Shown: in pieces, positions 9,621-18,909 of the stretch | Layout: the number at the start of each line of letters is the position of its first letter | Position numbering within the stretch: position 1 is the first letter of the stretch | DNA from: a virus | Taxonomy: Duplodnaviria; Caudoviricetes | Reading direction: 5' to 3' (one strand) | Virus record (IMG/VR): IMGVR_UViG_3300043406_000028 | Span: 12,042 to 76,041 of that record | Length of the DNA: 64,000 nt | Translations under genes and position numbers: made by a program | The notes under the pieces: model-generated | Told to the model about the DNA's origin: nothing | The model's input: only the letters and a program-made list of their open reading frames with translations | Database searches by the model: none

Positions 9621-10213
9621 TTTGCTGGGAATGCGTTCTTGGTGTCTTTTTGCAGGATAGTAACGCTGGTCTCACCCTGAACCGTTCTTCCGCATAGAGA
9701 GTATGTGGGATGAGCAAGCCATAGCTTCGAGAAGTCAAAATGATGGGAGAACAGACCAGCCTTGTGCTTGTAGGGGACCTTGAAGGTGTGGTCTGGATAG
9801 AAGTCATAGACAACGAGATGACCTCCATCTCTCAGGATTCTGTCGCCCTCTAGTGCGATTTTGAAGTAATCATCTGGGTCGCAGAGATACAGGCACCAGC
9901 CGTAAATCAGCATATCGAACTGTTCGTCGGAATACTGGAGACGATCAGCAGTTCCGGCCCAGACCTGAACCCTGGATGATCCACGCTTGCTGCCGTAGGC
10001 GGGGTCATAGCCCTCGACATGGCATCCCCACATACGCTGCATAACCTCAAGCCGGGCACCATCGGCACAGCCGACTTCCAGAACACGATCTGGAATGAGC
10101 TTATACTTGTCGATAGCTTCTAGGACTGGATCGCTGTTCTCGTCATAGCGGCCAGCATTCCGAGCCATCCAGGCTTCGCCTTCTCCGTGAAGAAAGGTCA
10201 GAGATTGTTTCAT
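9617..10213 (-). CDS. class I SAM-dependent methyltransferase
   Basis: VLEVGCADG motif I; resembles methylases found in pseudaminate clusters. Confidence 0.85.
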   Translation of the reverse strand: MKQSLTFLHGEGEAWMARNAGRYDENSDPVLEAIDKYKLIPDRVLEVGCADGARLEVMQRMWGCHVEGYDPAYGSKRGSSRVQVWAGTADRLQYSDEQFDMLIYGWCLYLCDPDDYFKIALEGDRILRDGGHLVVYDFYPDHTFKVPYKHKAGLFSHHFDFSKLWLAHPTYSLCGRTVQGETSVTILQKDTKNAFPAK

Positions 10214-10722
10214 CGCTGACCAAGGCTCCCATACAGGTGCATGCTGACTGGCTTCCCTTTCACCAGGAAATGATCCTGGACAATGGCCTCATGTCTCATC
10301 CCGTATTTGGTGCAGATTCTGATCATCGGGGCATTCAGGGACATGCAGCCAGCTTCGATCTTTCTGATCGACTTTTCGATGAACAGATAATTACAGACGC
10401 ACTCCCAAGCCTCAAAGCCGTAGCCTTTGCCCCATTGGGTCTTATCCCCAATCATGATTCCGACATTGGCGACATTGTTGGGCTGGTCTATGCGGACGGC
10501 TACAGACCCGATTGGCACTGTCGGTGAATAGATGCTGTAGACGAAGTTTGGTGCAGCGGTGGCTGCTGAGAGCCAGTAATCTCCCTGTGATTCCTCAGTG
10601 TGAGTTTTATGACGTTGCTCAGAATATTTAACGACTTCCGGATCATTCAGCCAACAAGCAAATAGACCAGCTTCATCCATATCTGGCGGCTCCATCAGAA
10701 GCCTTGGAGTTGCAAGAATCAC
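10210..10722 (-). CDS. GNAT/RimJ-type N-acetyltransferase (PseH-like)
   Basis: WLNDPEV...VGIMIGDKTQWGKGYG...N.PMI...KYG; GTG start. Confidence 0.85.
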   Translation of the reverse strand: MILATPRLLMEPPDMDEAGLFACWLNDPEVVKYSEQRHKTHTEESQGDYWLSAATAAPNFVYSIYSPTVPIGSVAVRIDQPNNVANVGIMIGDKTQWGKGYGFEAWECVCNYLFIEKSIRKIEAGCMSLNAPMIRICTKYGMRHEAIVQDHFLVKGKPVSMHLYGSLGQR

Positions 10723-10886
10723 TTCTTCCTCGGCATCTGATCTTTGAGGTGCTGGATAATGGCCAGCATCGTTTCTGACAGCATCAGAACTCCAGCCGCC
10801 TCGACTGAATAGCCGCCCAGCTTTCGCCGCTTGACCACTTCCTCCATCACCCGAGCCTCAAGCTCGATCATGTCGTCTCTGTGCAT
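10719..10886 (-). CDS. small hypothetical protein leading the sugar operon (MHRDDMIELE..., 55 aa)
   Basis: Hand-translated; AGGAG SD upstream; stop overlaps the GNAT GTG. Confidence 0.65.
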   Translation of the reverse strand: MHRDDMIELEARVMEEVVKRRKLGGYSVEAAGVLMLSETMLAIIQHLKDQMPRKK

Positions 10887-10982
10887 GTATTTCTCCTGTT
10901 GGTTTTAGGTAGCCCAAATTGGGCTTCGTTGCCCAGTTCGTATGTAGGAACTATAGTTTGATATCCACAGGCATCTAAATTC

Positions 10983-12647
10983 ATGAATTTCGCCAACAAG
11001 ATCGCCAAGGCTGGCATGCAGATCGCCAAGCTGAAGGAGCGCGAAATCTATGAAGGAGCCCTGATTGACTTTGCAGAATACGTCTGGCCCGTGGTTGAGC
11101 CCGCTATTCCATTCGTCAGAGGTTGGGCCATCGAAGCAATTGCCGAGCATCTTCAGGCAGTTACGGACGGTCAGATCAAGCGCCTTCTGATGAACGTCCC
11201 GCCCGGATTCACCAAATCCCTGATGACCGATGTGTTCTGGCCAGCCTACGAATGGGGTCCCAGGAACATGCCCTGGCTGCGGTATGTCTGCGCCTCCTAC
11301 TCCAACCACCTGACCGAGCGCGACAACATGCGCTGCCGCAACATCGTGATCTCGGATCGCTATCAAAAGATGTGGGGCTCCCGGTTCAAGATCTCGAACG
11401 AGCAGTTCACCAAGATCAAGTTCGCCAACGACCATACTGGGTGGAAATTGGCTACCTCCGTGGGAGGCATCGGCGTCGGAGAGCGCGGTGACAGGTTCAT
11501 TATCGACGACCCCAACAACACCATGGACATGGAGTCCGAGCAGGTCCGGGATACTACGAATCTGTGGTTTACCGAGGTCGTGCCCGACCGTCTTAACAAC
11601 CCACAGGATAGTGCTATCGTTATTATCCAGCAGAGGTTGCATGAAGACGATGTGAGCGGAGTCGCTCTCTCCAGAGAGATGGGATACACGCACTTGATGA
11701 TCCCGATGGAGCATGATGTTTCAAGGCATTGTGTGACCGTTTTGGGGCTAGACAGTGACGGAAATAAGAAAGTATGGGAAGACCCCAGGAAAGAGGATGG
11801 GGAACTGGCGTGGCCTAATCGGTTCACCCAGAAGGTCTGCGATGACCTGAAGCGGGATAAAGGCCCTCATGCATGGGCTGGGCAATACATGCAGAGCCCG
11901 GAGCCAAGGGGCGGTTCCATCATCAAGCGCGATTTCTGGCAGCTATGGGAGCAGCCTAAGTTCCCTCAGTTCGAGTATATCCTGGCTTCGGTCGATACCG
12001 CCTACACCGATAAAGAGGAAAACGATCCTAGTGCTTTGACAATCTGGGGTGTTTTCCGGGACGAATCCTCCCTTAGAACGACTGATTCCGACATCCTTTG
12101 GATGCCTCGCGATGGGCAGGCGCTACAATCCATCAAGGGAAATCCCAAGATTATGCTGATGTACGCTTGGCAGGAGCGGCTCCAATTCCACGAACTGCTT
12201 GAGAAGATTATGGATACCTGCGGGGCGGGGTCAAAAACCAAGCTGGGGGCCAAATTCCCAGTGGATCGGGTGCTTATCGAAGCCAAGGCTAGCGGCCAGT
12301 CGGTAGGCCAGGAAATGCACCGCATGCTACGCGGGACCGGGAAATTCGGGGTGGAGCTAAACCCGGTCGAAGGGGACAAGTACGCCCGGCTCCAATCCGT
12401 CCAGCACCTGTTCTCCGAGGGCATGATCTATGCTCCCGACAGGGCCTTTGCAGATATGGTGATCGACCAGTGCGCCGTGTTCCCCAAGGGCTCCCGAGAC
12501 GACTTGGTGGATACCACCTCGCAGGCACTGCGATACTTGAGAGATCAGGGCTTTGCGTTGAGGCGCGAAGAATACATCGTAGAAGAACGGGAAGAGATGA
12601 TGTATAAGGGCGCATCCTACAATGCGCCGCTTTACGGTAACTTCTGA
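10983..12647 (+). CDS. terL: terminase large subunit
   Basis: Walker A variant NVPPGFTKS, Walker B FIIDDP, nuclease SVDTAY, IEAKASG, DDLVD. Confidence 0.95.
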   Translation: MNFANKIAKAGMQIAKLKEREIYEGALIDFAEYVWPVVEPAIPFVRGWAIEAIAEHLQAVTDGQIKRLLMNVPPGFTKSLMTDVFWPAYEWGPRNMPWLRYVCASYSNHLTERDNMRCRNIVISDRYQKMWGSRFKISNEQFTKIKFANDHTGWKLATSVGGIGVGERGDRFIIDDPNNTMDMESEQVRDTTNLWFTEVVPDRLNNPQDSAIVIIQQRLHEDDVSGVALSREMGYTHLMIPMEHDVSRHCVTVLGLDSDGNKKVWEDPRKEDGELAWPNRFTQKVCDDLKRDKGPHAWAGQYMQSPEPRGGSIIKRDFWQLWEQPKFPQFEYILASVDTAYTDKEENDPSALTIWGVFRDESSLRTTDSDILWMPRDGQALQSIKGNPKIMLMYAWQERLQFHELLEKIMDTCGAGSKTKLGAKFPVDRVLIEAKASGQSVGQEMHRMLRGTGKFGVELNPVEGDKYARLQSVQHLFSEGMIYAPDRAFADMVIDQCAVFPKGSRDDLVDTTSQALRYLRDQGFALRREEYIVEEREEMMYKGASYNAPLYGNF

Positions 12648-15151
12648 TGGCCCCACGCTCTAAAGCTAAGAGGTTAGACAACCCTTATCCTGAGGTTGTG
12701 CCGCCTGCTTTGACTTTGGTGAAGAGCGATAGCGACGAGATGGGGGCTGATTCCGTCTCATTCGAGGATGGGACTCTAAGGGTCGAGCATCCGGACGGAT
12801 CGGTGACAATCGATTTGTCTCCGCCGGGAGACCAAGACGATCCCCCTGATGGCGATGAATTTGATCGTAACCTTGCTCTCAGCATGTCCGACGATGATCT
12901 TGGATCGATTTCAACGGACCTGATCGAAGGAATCGACCGGGATAACGAGTCCCGCAAGAAGTGGCTGGATACCAGAGCCCTTGGCATCGGTCTTCTTGGC
13001 CTTGAGCTTGAGAAGCCGAGGGCCGGGGCCGGGACAGAATCCGCACCCATCGAGGGCATGTCTACCGTTCGCCACCCGCTTCTATTGGAAGCCACTGTTT
13101 CCTTCCAGGCGACGGCTCGGGCCGAGCTTCTGCCTGCGTCCGGGCCGGTCAAGGTTCGCAACGATACGCCGACCCCGCCAAAAGAGATTGTCCAGGAAAC
13201 CTCTGCCCAGCCTCAATTGCTGGAGAGCATGCAATCCAACGATGAGCTTTCCCAGGCCCTGGAGAAGGACCTCAACCACTATCTGACAGCCGTTGCGACC
13301 GAATATGTTCCAGATACGGATCGTATGCTGTTCTACATTGGCTTCGGCGGAGACGGGTTCAAGAAGGTTTACAACTGCCCACTTCGCCGCAGGCCAGTCT
13401 CGGAATCGATTGATGCCGAGGATTTGATCATCTCGAATACCGCGACCGATCTCTGCAACTCTGGCCGCGTTACACACCGCATCAAGATGCGCCAATCGAC
13501 GCTGAAGCGCATGCAGATTCTGGGTGTCTACCGCGATGTGGAATTAAGCCCGCCGACCATCAGCAATCCAACCGCAGTTGACAAGAAACTTGAGGCTATC
13601 TCCGGTGTTACGGAAAGCAACAAGCTTCCTGAGGATCGTGATTTCGAAGTCTATGAGACCTACTGCGAACTCGATATCGACAAGTACGCCCCTGACCAAT
13701 TCAAGGGTAAGGGATTACCGCTGCCTTATCGCGTGACCATCGAGAAGGAATCAAAGAAGATTCTCGATATCCGCCGGAATTGGAAAGAAGAAGATGAGCA
13801 ATGTCTTGCCAAGCAATTCTTCGTCCAGTTTCCGTTTATCAGAGGTTTGGGCTTCTACGGGCTTGGATTCATACATCTGCTCGGCAATACAACCAACGCC
13901 CTTACCGCCGGATGGCGTGAAGCCCTGGATGCCGGGATGTTCGCCAACTTCCCTGGATTTATCTACGCTAAGGGCGCTGGGCGTCAGCTAACCAACCAAA
14001 TCCGTATTCCGCCTGGAGGCGGCTATGGCCTTGATATCGGCGCTGGACAGCGAATCCAGGACGCCATCATGGGAGTTCCATACAAGGAAGCTGGCGCTGG
14101 TTTCATCAACCTCCTTGGTAAGATTGAAGAGGGTGGGCGTCGCCTTGCGTCCACCGCAGAAGTCAGTGTCGGAGAGGGTAAGCAAGATGCTCCTGTGGGA
14201 ACCACCCTCGCCCTTATTGAGCAGGCATCGAAGGTCATGGATTCGGCGCATAAGCGCCTGCATGCCGCCCAGGCTGAGGAATTCAAGTTATTGAAGTGTC
14301 GTTTCCAGGAAGACCCTGAGTCCTTCTGGCGTCATAACAAGAAGCCTACCATTAAGTGGAAGAAGGACCAGTTCCTCGCGGCTTTGGACAACTGCGAGCT
14401 TGTCCCGGTAGCAGACCCTAACAACCCGACCAGCCTGCATCGCTTGGCGAAGGGTGCGATCATCAAGCAGCTTCAGACAGCAAACCCGGCTCTCTACGAT
14501 GCAGTAGCTGTCGATATGCGGGTGATGAGAATCTCCGATATCGACCCTGCTGGCCTGATGCGTCCGACGCCCGCCCCTGCTCCGCCTGATCCACGCATGG
14601 TTGCGATCCAGAAGAAGGCCGAAGCTCAAGAATTGATGAGCAAGATCCAGCTTATGGAAACCCAGATCAGGGCAGCAACTGCCGGTGCTCAGATCCAGGA
14701 CAAGGCCAAGGATCGTGAATCTCGTGAACGCATCGAGCAGATGAAGATCAGGCTTCAGCAGCTTGATCTTGAACAGTCTCAGATTCAGCACAAGGCCGAT
14801 GAAGAAAAGATCTATGCTCGCATGATGCACGAGCTAAACACCAAAGCACAGTTGGCGGCCCACGGTGCCCAGGTCGAGGCTGTCGAGGCTCAGCACGGCC
14901 TGCACCTGGATGCCGCTGAGACGGCCCATGGACTTCAGGTCGATAAGGCCAAGACCGATCACGAACTCCGCACCAATGCGGAGCGCACCGAGCATGAGAA
15001 GGAAATGGCAAGAGAGCGCCATAACGCCGAAATGACTCGCGCCCACGAGAAGCACCAACTAGACATGCAGCATGCTAAAGAACTTCATGCTCATAAGCTT
15101 GAGGCAGCCAAACAGATGGCTCGCGCCAAGCCTAAGAAAGCAAAGGAATAA
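12647..15151 (+). CDS. portal protein with long coiled-coil, His-rich C-terminal extension
   Basis: Follows terL; HPLLLEA...FQA, GFYGLG, GTTLALIEQ and HKRLH portal motifs. Confidence 0.9.
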   Translation: MAPRSKAKRLDNPYPEVVPPALTLVKSDSDEMGADSVSFEDGTLRVEHPDGSVTIDLSPPGDQDDPPDGDEFDRNLALSMSDDDLGSISTDLIEGIDRDNESRKKWLDTRALGIGLLGLELEKPRAGAGTESAPIEGMSTVRHPLLLEATVSFQATARAELLPASGPVKVRNDTPTPPKEIVQETSAQPQLLESMQSNDELSQALEKDLNHYLTAVATEYVPDTDRMLFYIGFGGDGFKKVYNCPLRRRPVSESIDAEDLIISNTATDLCNSGRVTHRIKMRQSTLKRMQILGVYRDVELSPPTISNPTAVDKKLEAISGVTESNKLPEDRDFEVYETYCELDIDKYAPDQFKGKGLPLPYRVTIEKESKKILDIRRNWKEEDEQCLAKQFFVQFPFIRGLGFYGLGFIHLLGNTTNALTAGWREALDAGMFANFPGFIYAKGAGRQLTNQIRIPPGGGYGLDIGAGQRIQDAIMGVPYKEAGAGFINLLGKIEEGGRRLASTAEVSVGEGKQDAPVGTTLALIEQASKVMDSAHKRLHAAQAEEFKLLKCRFQEDPESFWRHNKKPTIKWKKDQFLAALDNCELVPVADPNNPTSLHRLAKGAIIKQLQTANPALYDAVAVDMRVMRISDIDPAGLMRPTPAPAPPDPRMVAIQKKAEAQELMSKIQLMETQIRAATAGAQIQDKAKDRESRERIEQMKIRLQQLDLEQSQIQHKADEEKIYARMMHELNTKAQLAAHGAQVEAVEAQHGLHLDAAETAHGLQVDKAKTDHELRTNAERTEHEKEMARERHNAEMTRAHEKHQLDMQHAKELHAHKLEAAKQMARAKPKKAKE

Positions 15152-15153
15152 CC

Positions 15154-15369
15154 ATGGCAAAGAACGCAATCATCGGACTTATCGACCAACCCAAGCTGGA
15201 TGAAATGGGCCGCGTTATGCAGGCCCCTCAGGCCGTCAACGACGAGCATGGCCCTGGTTATGACAATGACGTGGGAGCCAACTGGCTTCGTGGCATGGGT
15301 AAGGGCGGGGCTTGCGGAAAGCCATCATTCGATTATCAGGCTGCCAATATTAGAAAGGCTAGGGGATAA
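15154..15369 (+). CDS. small head-module protein
   Basis: 71 aa, GGA SD, tightly packed. Confidence 0.65.
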   Translation: MAKNAIIGLIDQPKLDEMGRVMQAPQAVNDEHGPGYDNDVGANWLRGMGKGGACGKPSFDYQAANIRKARG

Positions 15370-15371
15370 CC

Positions 15372-15857
15372 ATGGCAAATCCTTACGCATCCCAGGCTAA
15401 GAGCGGCAATGCCGCCAAGATGAAGGCTCTGACCGGCAAGAAGTCGGGTGGGGCTGTTTATGCCGGTGAGTCTGCACCAAAGTACGCGCGCGGCGGAAGC
15501 GTCGTCGGTGAATTCAAGATCGGCGGCGCGGTATCAGCACCGAACTTCGCTCGGGGTGGTCGCTCCAAGGGCAAAGGCAAGCACAAGGGCACCCACATCA
15601 ATATTGCTGTAGTTGCTCCACACAAGGATGCCGCTCCAGAACCAGCGGGAATGCCGCCCAAGATGCCTGTAGGGCCTATGGCCCCGCCCCCAGGGATGGG
15701 TCCTCCAGGCGCTGGTGGCCCTCCAATGCCGCCCCCTCCTGGAATGCCGCCCATGAAGCGCGGTGGTAAGGTTCCGATGAAGGCTGGGGCCGGAACGGGC
15801 CAAGGCCGCAAGGAAAAGATCGCAGCCTACGGACTCGGCCCTAAGAAGGCTGGTTGA
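15372..15857 (+). CDS. basic Gly/Pro/Lys-rich protein with YARGG/FARGG/MKRGG motifs (putative internal head protein)
   Basis: Composition and repeated motif. Confidence 0.7.
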   Translation: MANPYASQAKSGNAAKMKALTGKKSGGAVYAGESAPKYARGGSVVGEFKIGGAVSAPNFARGGRSKGKGKHKGTHINIAVVAPHKDAAPEPAGMPPKMPVGPMAPPPGMGPPGAGGPPMPPPPGMPPMKRGGKVPMKAGAGTGQGRKEKIAAYGLGPKKAG

Positions 15858-16042
15858 TGGCGAAAACGCGCTTTCACGCTGAGCTTGAGGCCAGGATCAA
15901 CATTGCGGTGGAAAATAGAAGCAAATCCATAGCTTCTGGCGCAGCCTCTGACTATGCCCATTACAGAGAGAATGTAGGCTATATCCTTGGCCTACAAGAA
16001 GCTCTCAAGCTTTGTGATGACATAGAGGCGGAATCCAACTAA
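15857..16042 (+). CDS. small hypothetical head-module protein
   Basis: TGATG overlap; DYAHYRENVGYILGL pattern. Confidence 0.7.
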   Translation: MAKTRFHAELEARINIAVENRSKSIASGAASDYAHYRENVGYILGLQEALKLCDDIEAESN

Positions 16043-16455
16043 TGGCACTTGCATCCTCTAGCCGCGTTATTGAACTGGTATCGGCTTCGAAGAATCCAAA
16101 GCTTGAGATCATCAAGCTGATCGGTGATCTTTCTTCGGTCAGCGTTAAATTCAACATGGTGTTGCTGGCCACCTACTTTCGCCCAGAGAAGACTGCTGGC
16201 GGCATCATCAGGCCGGACGCCAACAAGGCTGAGGATGAATGGCAAGGCAAGGTCGGCCTCGTGATGAAGCTTGGCCCCATGGCCTACACGGACGATGACG
16301 AAACCCAGTTCCAGGGTGAGAAGGTCGAGGTTGGAGAATGGGCGGTCTACAAGATCGGCGATACCTGGAGCCTAAATATCAATGGCTATCCATGCCGGAT
16401 GATTCGGGACTCCAGCATCAAGATGACCGTTAAAGACCCGAATATGGTATTTTGA
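16042..16455 (+). CDS. groES: GroES-like co-chaperonin
   Basis: EKTAGGIIRPD mobile loop, GLVMKLGP, VEVGEWAVY. Confidence 0.8.
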   Translation: MALASSSRVIELVSASKNPKLEIIKLIGDLSSVSVKFNMVLLATYFRPEKTAGGIIRPDANKAEDEWQGKVGLVMKLGPMAYTDDDETQFQGEKVEVGEWAVYKIGDTWSLNINGYPCRMIRDSSIKMTVKDPNMVF

Positions 16456-16463
16456 GGCTCGGC

Positions 16464-17429
16464 ATGGCCAAGGCACCAGCAGTACAAGCGAAAGACCCTG
16501 AGCAGGCGGACCTGATCGATAAGATCGATGAGACTCCTGTAGAACAAACAGAGAACGAGATTACCCAAGATGAAGAGGTAATCGAGGATTCTGAAGTTCC
16601 TGAAGATGCCTCGATCAAGCTCCAAGAGCAGATTGCCGCTCTCAAGAAGTCCGAGGAAATCCAGAAGAATCGGGCCGAGCGCTACCGGCAGGATGCTGAG
16701 AAGGCCCAGCAACTCGTCAAGGATCGAGGGTCCGAGGTCGATAAGGTCCGCAAGGAAGCAGTTCAATCCCAGCTTGATGCCGTCAGCACGGCTCTTGGCG
16801 CGGCCCAATCCGAGTCTGAATCTGCCAAGCGGGATATCAAGACCGCCATCAACAGTGGTGATGTGGATGCTCAGGCCGAGGCTTATGAGCGCCTTGCCAC
16901 CGCAAGAGCCAACATCTCAAAGCTTGAGGATGGCAAGTTCGAGCTTGAGGCCCGGATCAAGAATCCGCCGAAGTCTGAAGAGCCTCCTGTTCAGCAGCAG
17001 AATGGGATGCCCCAGAGAATCCAGAACTGGGTCGCCAAGAACGAATCCAGGCTCAGCCCCAAGCTATGGGATAAAATCAAAGCCAATCACTGGGATATCG
17101 TTGACGATGAAGGTATTCCATTCGATTCCGACGAATATATCGAATCCATGGAAACCAGAATTGGCTGGCGAAAGGCAGAGACCGAAGATGAGCCAGTTGT
17201 CGTTCAGCAACGCCAGCCTCAACAAAGGACTTCCATTGTGAGTGCTCCGGTCAGCCGCGAGGCTCCATCGACTCCATCAAACGACAGGAATAGCGGTCAG
17301 GTCAAACTGACCGTAGCCCAACGCGAGGCCGCAAAGATCGCTGGTGTCAGCGAGAAGGTCTATGCCGAGCAATTGCAGAAGATCAATAAAGCCAAGGCAA
17401 ATGGCTCTTACGAGCTTAAAGGAGGCTGA
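16464..17429 (+). CDS. capsid scaffolding protein (putative)
   Basis: Acidic coiled-coil with C-terminal VKLTVAQREAAKIAGVSEKVYA, upstream of the capsid genes. Confidence 0.75.
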   Translation: MAKAPAVQAKDPEQADLIDKIDETPVEQTENEITQDEEVIEDSEVPEDASIKLQEQIAALKKSEEIQKNRAERYRQDAEKAQQLVKDRGSEVDKVRKEAVQSQLDAVSTALGAAQSESESAKRDIKTAINSGDVDAQAEAYERLATARANISKLEDGKFELEARIKNPPKSEEPPVQQQNGMPQRIQNWVAKNESRLSPKLWDKIKANHWDIVDDEGIPFDSDEYIESMETRIGWRKAETEDEPVVVQQRQPQQRTSIVSAPVSREAPSTPSNDRNSGQVKLTVAQREAAKIAGVSEKVYAEQLQKINKAKANGSYELKGG

Positions 17430-17431
17430 CC

Positions 17432-18007
17432 ATGAATGATACTCCAGTCGTAAAGCGCCCTCGTGGTCGTCCACGTAAGAACCCAATTCCAGGCGTGGAG
17501 CGTGAGCCGGTGCGCGAAGCCGTAAGCTCGAAGAAATTCAAGATGCGCGCTGCTCCTAACTGGGAGACGGTGGACCCTAATGCACAGGATTCTCCTGATC
17601 GCCTTAGAATCAATCCGGATCTGATCCCGGCGGGCATGTCGGCCCAGTGGGTGACGGATTCCGTCATTGGTCAAGGCGTCCCGCAGCACCGCTCCGAATT
17701 CGAGCGCAGGGGCTGGACCCCGGTTCACCAGGATGACTTTGACGGCCAATTCAACGGCATGTTCATGCCGAAGGATGCGGAAGGCGAGATCAATGTCGAG
17801 GGTCTCGTCCTGATGATGCGTCCCAAGGAGATGACTCTGAAGGCCGAGCGCGAGAATAAGCGCAAGGCTTATGAGCAGGTGGCAATCAAGGAAGCTGCAT
17901 TGACCGGCGGTGATTTGCCCGGAGTCAGCCTCGATACCAGCCACCCAAGCGCGAGAAATGCAAATCGCATTCGCAAGTCACGCGAGGCATTAGAAATTCC
18001 GGAGTGA
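17432..18007 (+). CDS. conserved head-module hypothetical protein
   Basis: AT-hook-like KRPRGRPRK N-terminus; GGAGG SD. Confidence 0.75.
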   Translation: MNDTPVVKRPRGRPRKNPIPGVEREPVREAVSSKKFKMRAAPNWETVDPNAQDSPDRLRINPDLIPAGMSAQWVTDSVIGQGVPQHRSEFERRGWTPVHQDDFDGQFNGMFMPKDAEGEINVEGLVLMMRPKEMTLKAERENKRKAYEQVAIKEAALTGGDLPGVSLDTSHPSARNANRIRKSREALEIPE

Positions 18008-18148
18008 GCTTGACGGACGGTAGTATTATACTGTAAGGAACAAATATCCGCCTGTATAGGCGGAGGGGGCGCTCCCCAAAGACTACACCTCACGCGCTGT
18101 GTGGCTATTCCGTAGCCGGTCGATTGACCGCTTCAAAGGAAGCTACAC

Positions 18149-18817
18149 ATGGCGAATACCAACAACCCATTCGGCTTCAAGCAGTATGGAATGCGCGAAG
18201 GTTCCGCGCCCACTGCTGGCTTCGACCGTAAATTCATCTCATCTGGCTACACGAATCCGGTCTTCACCGGAGACGCTGTGGTTCGCAGCACCACGGCTCC
18301 GTACCTTGTATCGGGCGGAAGCTCGCAGGGCACAGGTGGCGTGACTCTTGGTGCTTCCATTGCAATCAATGAAGGCATCTTCCTCGGCTGCAAGTATTAC
18401 AACACCAACGTCTCTCGTACCGTCTGGTCCAGCTATTGGCCCGGCTCCGGCGCGACTGGTGACGTTGAGGCTTACGTCTGCACCAATCCTGAAGAGCTTT
18501 ACATCGTCCAGGGCTCTACCGGCGGTGTTCTCGGCTCGTCCGTTATTGGATTTAACATCCCGCAGACCACCACAGGTTCTACCCAGGGCAGCCAGCTTAC
18601 TGGGCAGAGCGTGATGACGGTCGTTTCCAGCCTCGTTACCGGCCTGTCTTCTGGCGGCCAATGGCAGATCGTGGACATCTACTCAAACGTCGCGCCTCCA
18701 GGCGTCAACGGCACTTCTACGACCTCTGAAGGCTATCAGATCGTGGTCGTTCAGCCGAACAGCGCCATCCGCAAGACCCTGTACGGCGCTCAGGCATTGC
18801 AGCCGTTCTCGACCTAA
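18149..18817 (+). CDS. virion structural protein (capsid decoration/cement-like), Ser/Thr/Gly-rich
   Basis: MANTNNPFGF start; immediately upstream of the major capsid gene. Confidence 0.7.
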   Translation: MANTNNPFGFKQYGMREGSAPTAGFDRKFISSGYTNPVFTGDAVVRSTTAPYLVSGGSSQGTGGVTLGASIAINEGIFLGCKYYNTNVSRTVWSSYWPGSGATGDVEAYVCTNPEELYIVQGSTGGVLGSSVIGFNIPQTTTGSTQGSQLTGQSVMTVVSSLVTGLSSGGQWQIVDIYSNVAPPGVNGTSTTSEGYQIVVVQPNSAIRKTLYGAQALQPFST

Positions 18818-18833
18818 TAGGGAAGCTTTACGA

Positions 18834-18881
18834 CTTCTGGCGGTACTAACACGGCAGCGAGGGTTGCCATACCGCCAGAAG
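18834..18881 (+). promoter_or_regulatory. perfect 12-bp stem upstream of the capsid SD
   Basis: CTTCTGGCGGTA 18834-18845 / TACCGCCAGAAG 18870-18881, with inner GGCAGC-GAGG-GTTGCC. Confidence 0.65.
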
Positions 18882-18909
18882 AATAGACTAGGGATAAGGA
18901 TATACGGCG

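Noticed and set aside
2343-10722. Sugar operon as a DNA hypermodification system
   Set aside because: No base hydroxymethylase, DNA glycosyltransferase or phage DNA polymerase seen, and CMP-nonulosonates are not known DNA donors. Not excluded, but less supported than protein or surface glycosylation.
10905-11714. 269-aa minus-strand ORF opposite terL, and similar long antisense ORFs (3860..4501, 41802..42521, 47224..47910, 43596..44186)
   Set aside because: Shadow frames of GC-biased real genes; no SD, no motifs.
18010-18032. TTGACG...TATACT sigma70 promoter before gp18149
   Set aside because: Spacer is only 11 bp (8 bp to TATTAT), incompatible with a canonical promoter.
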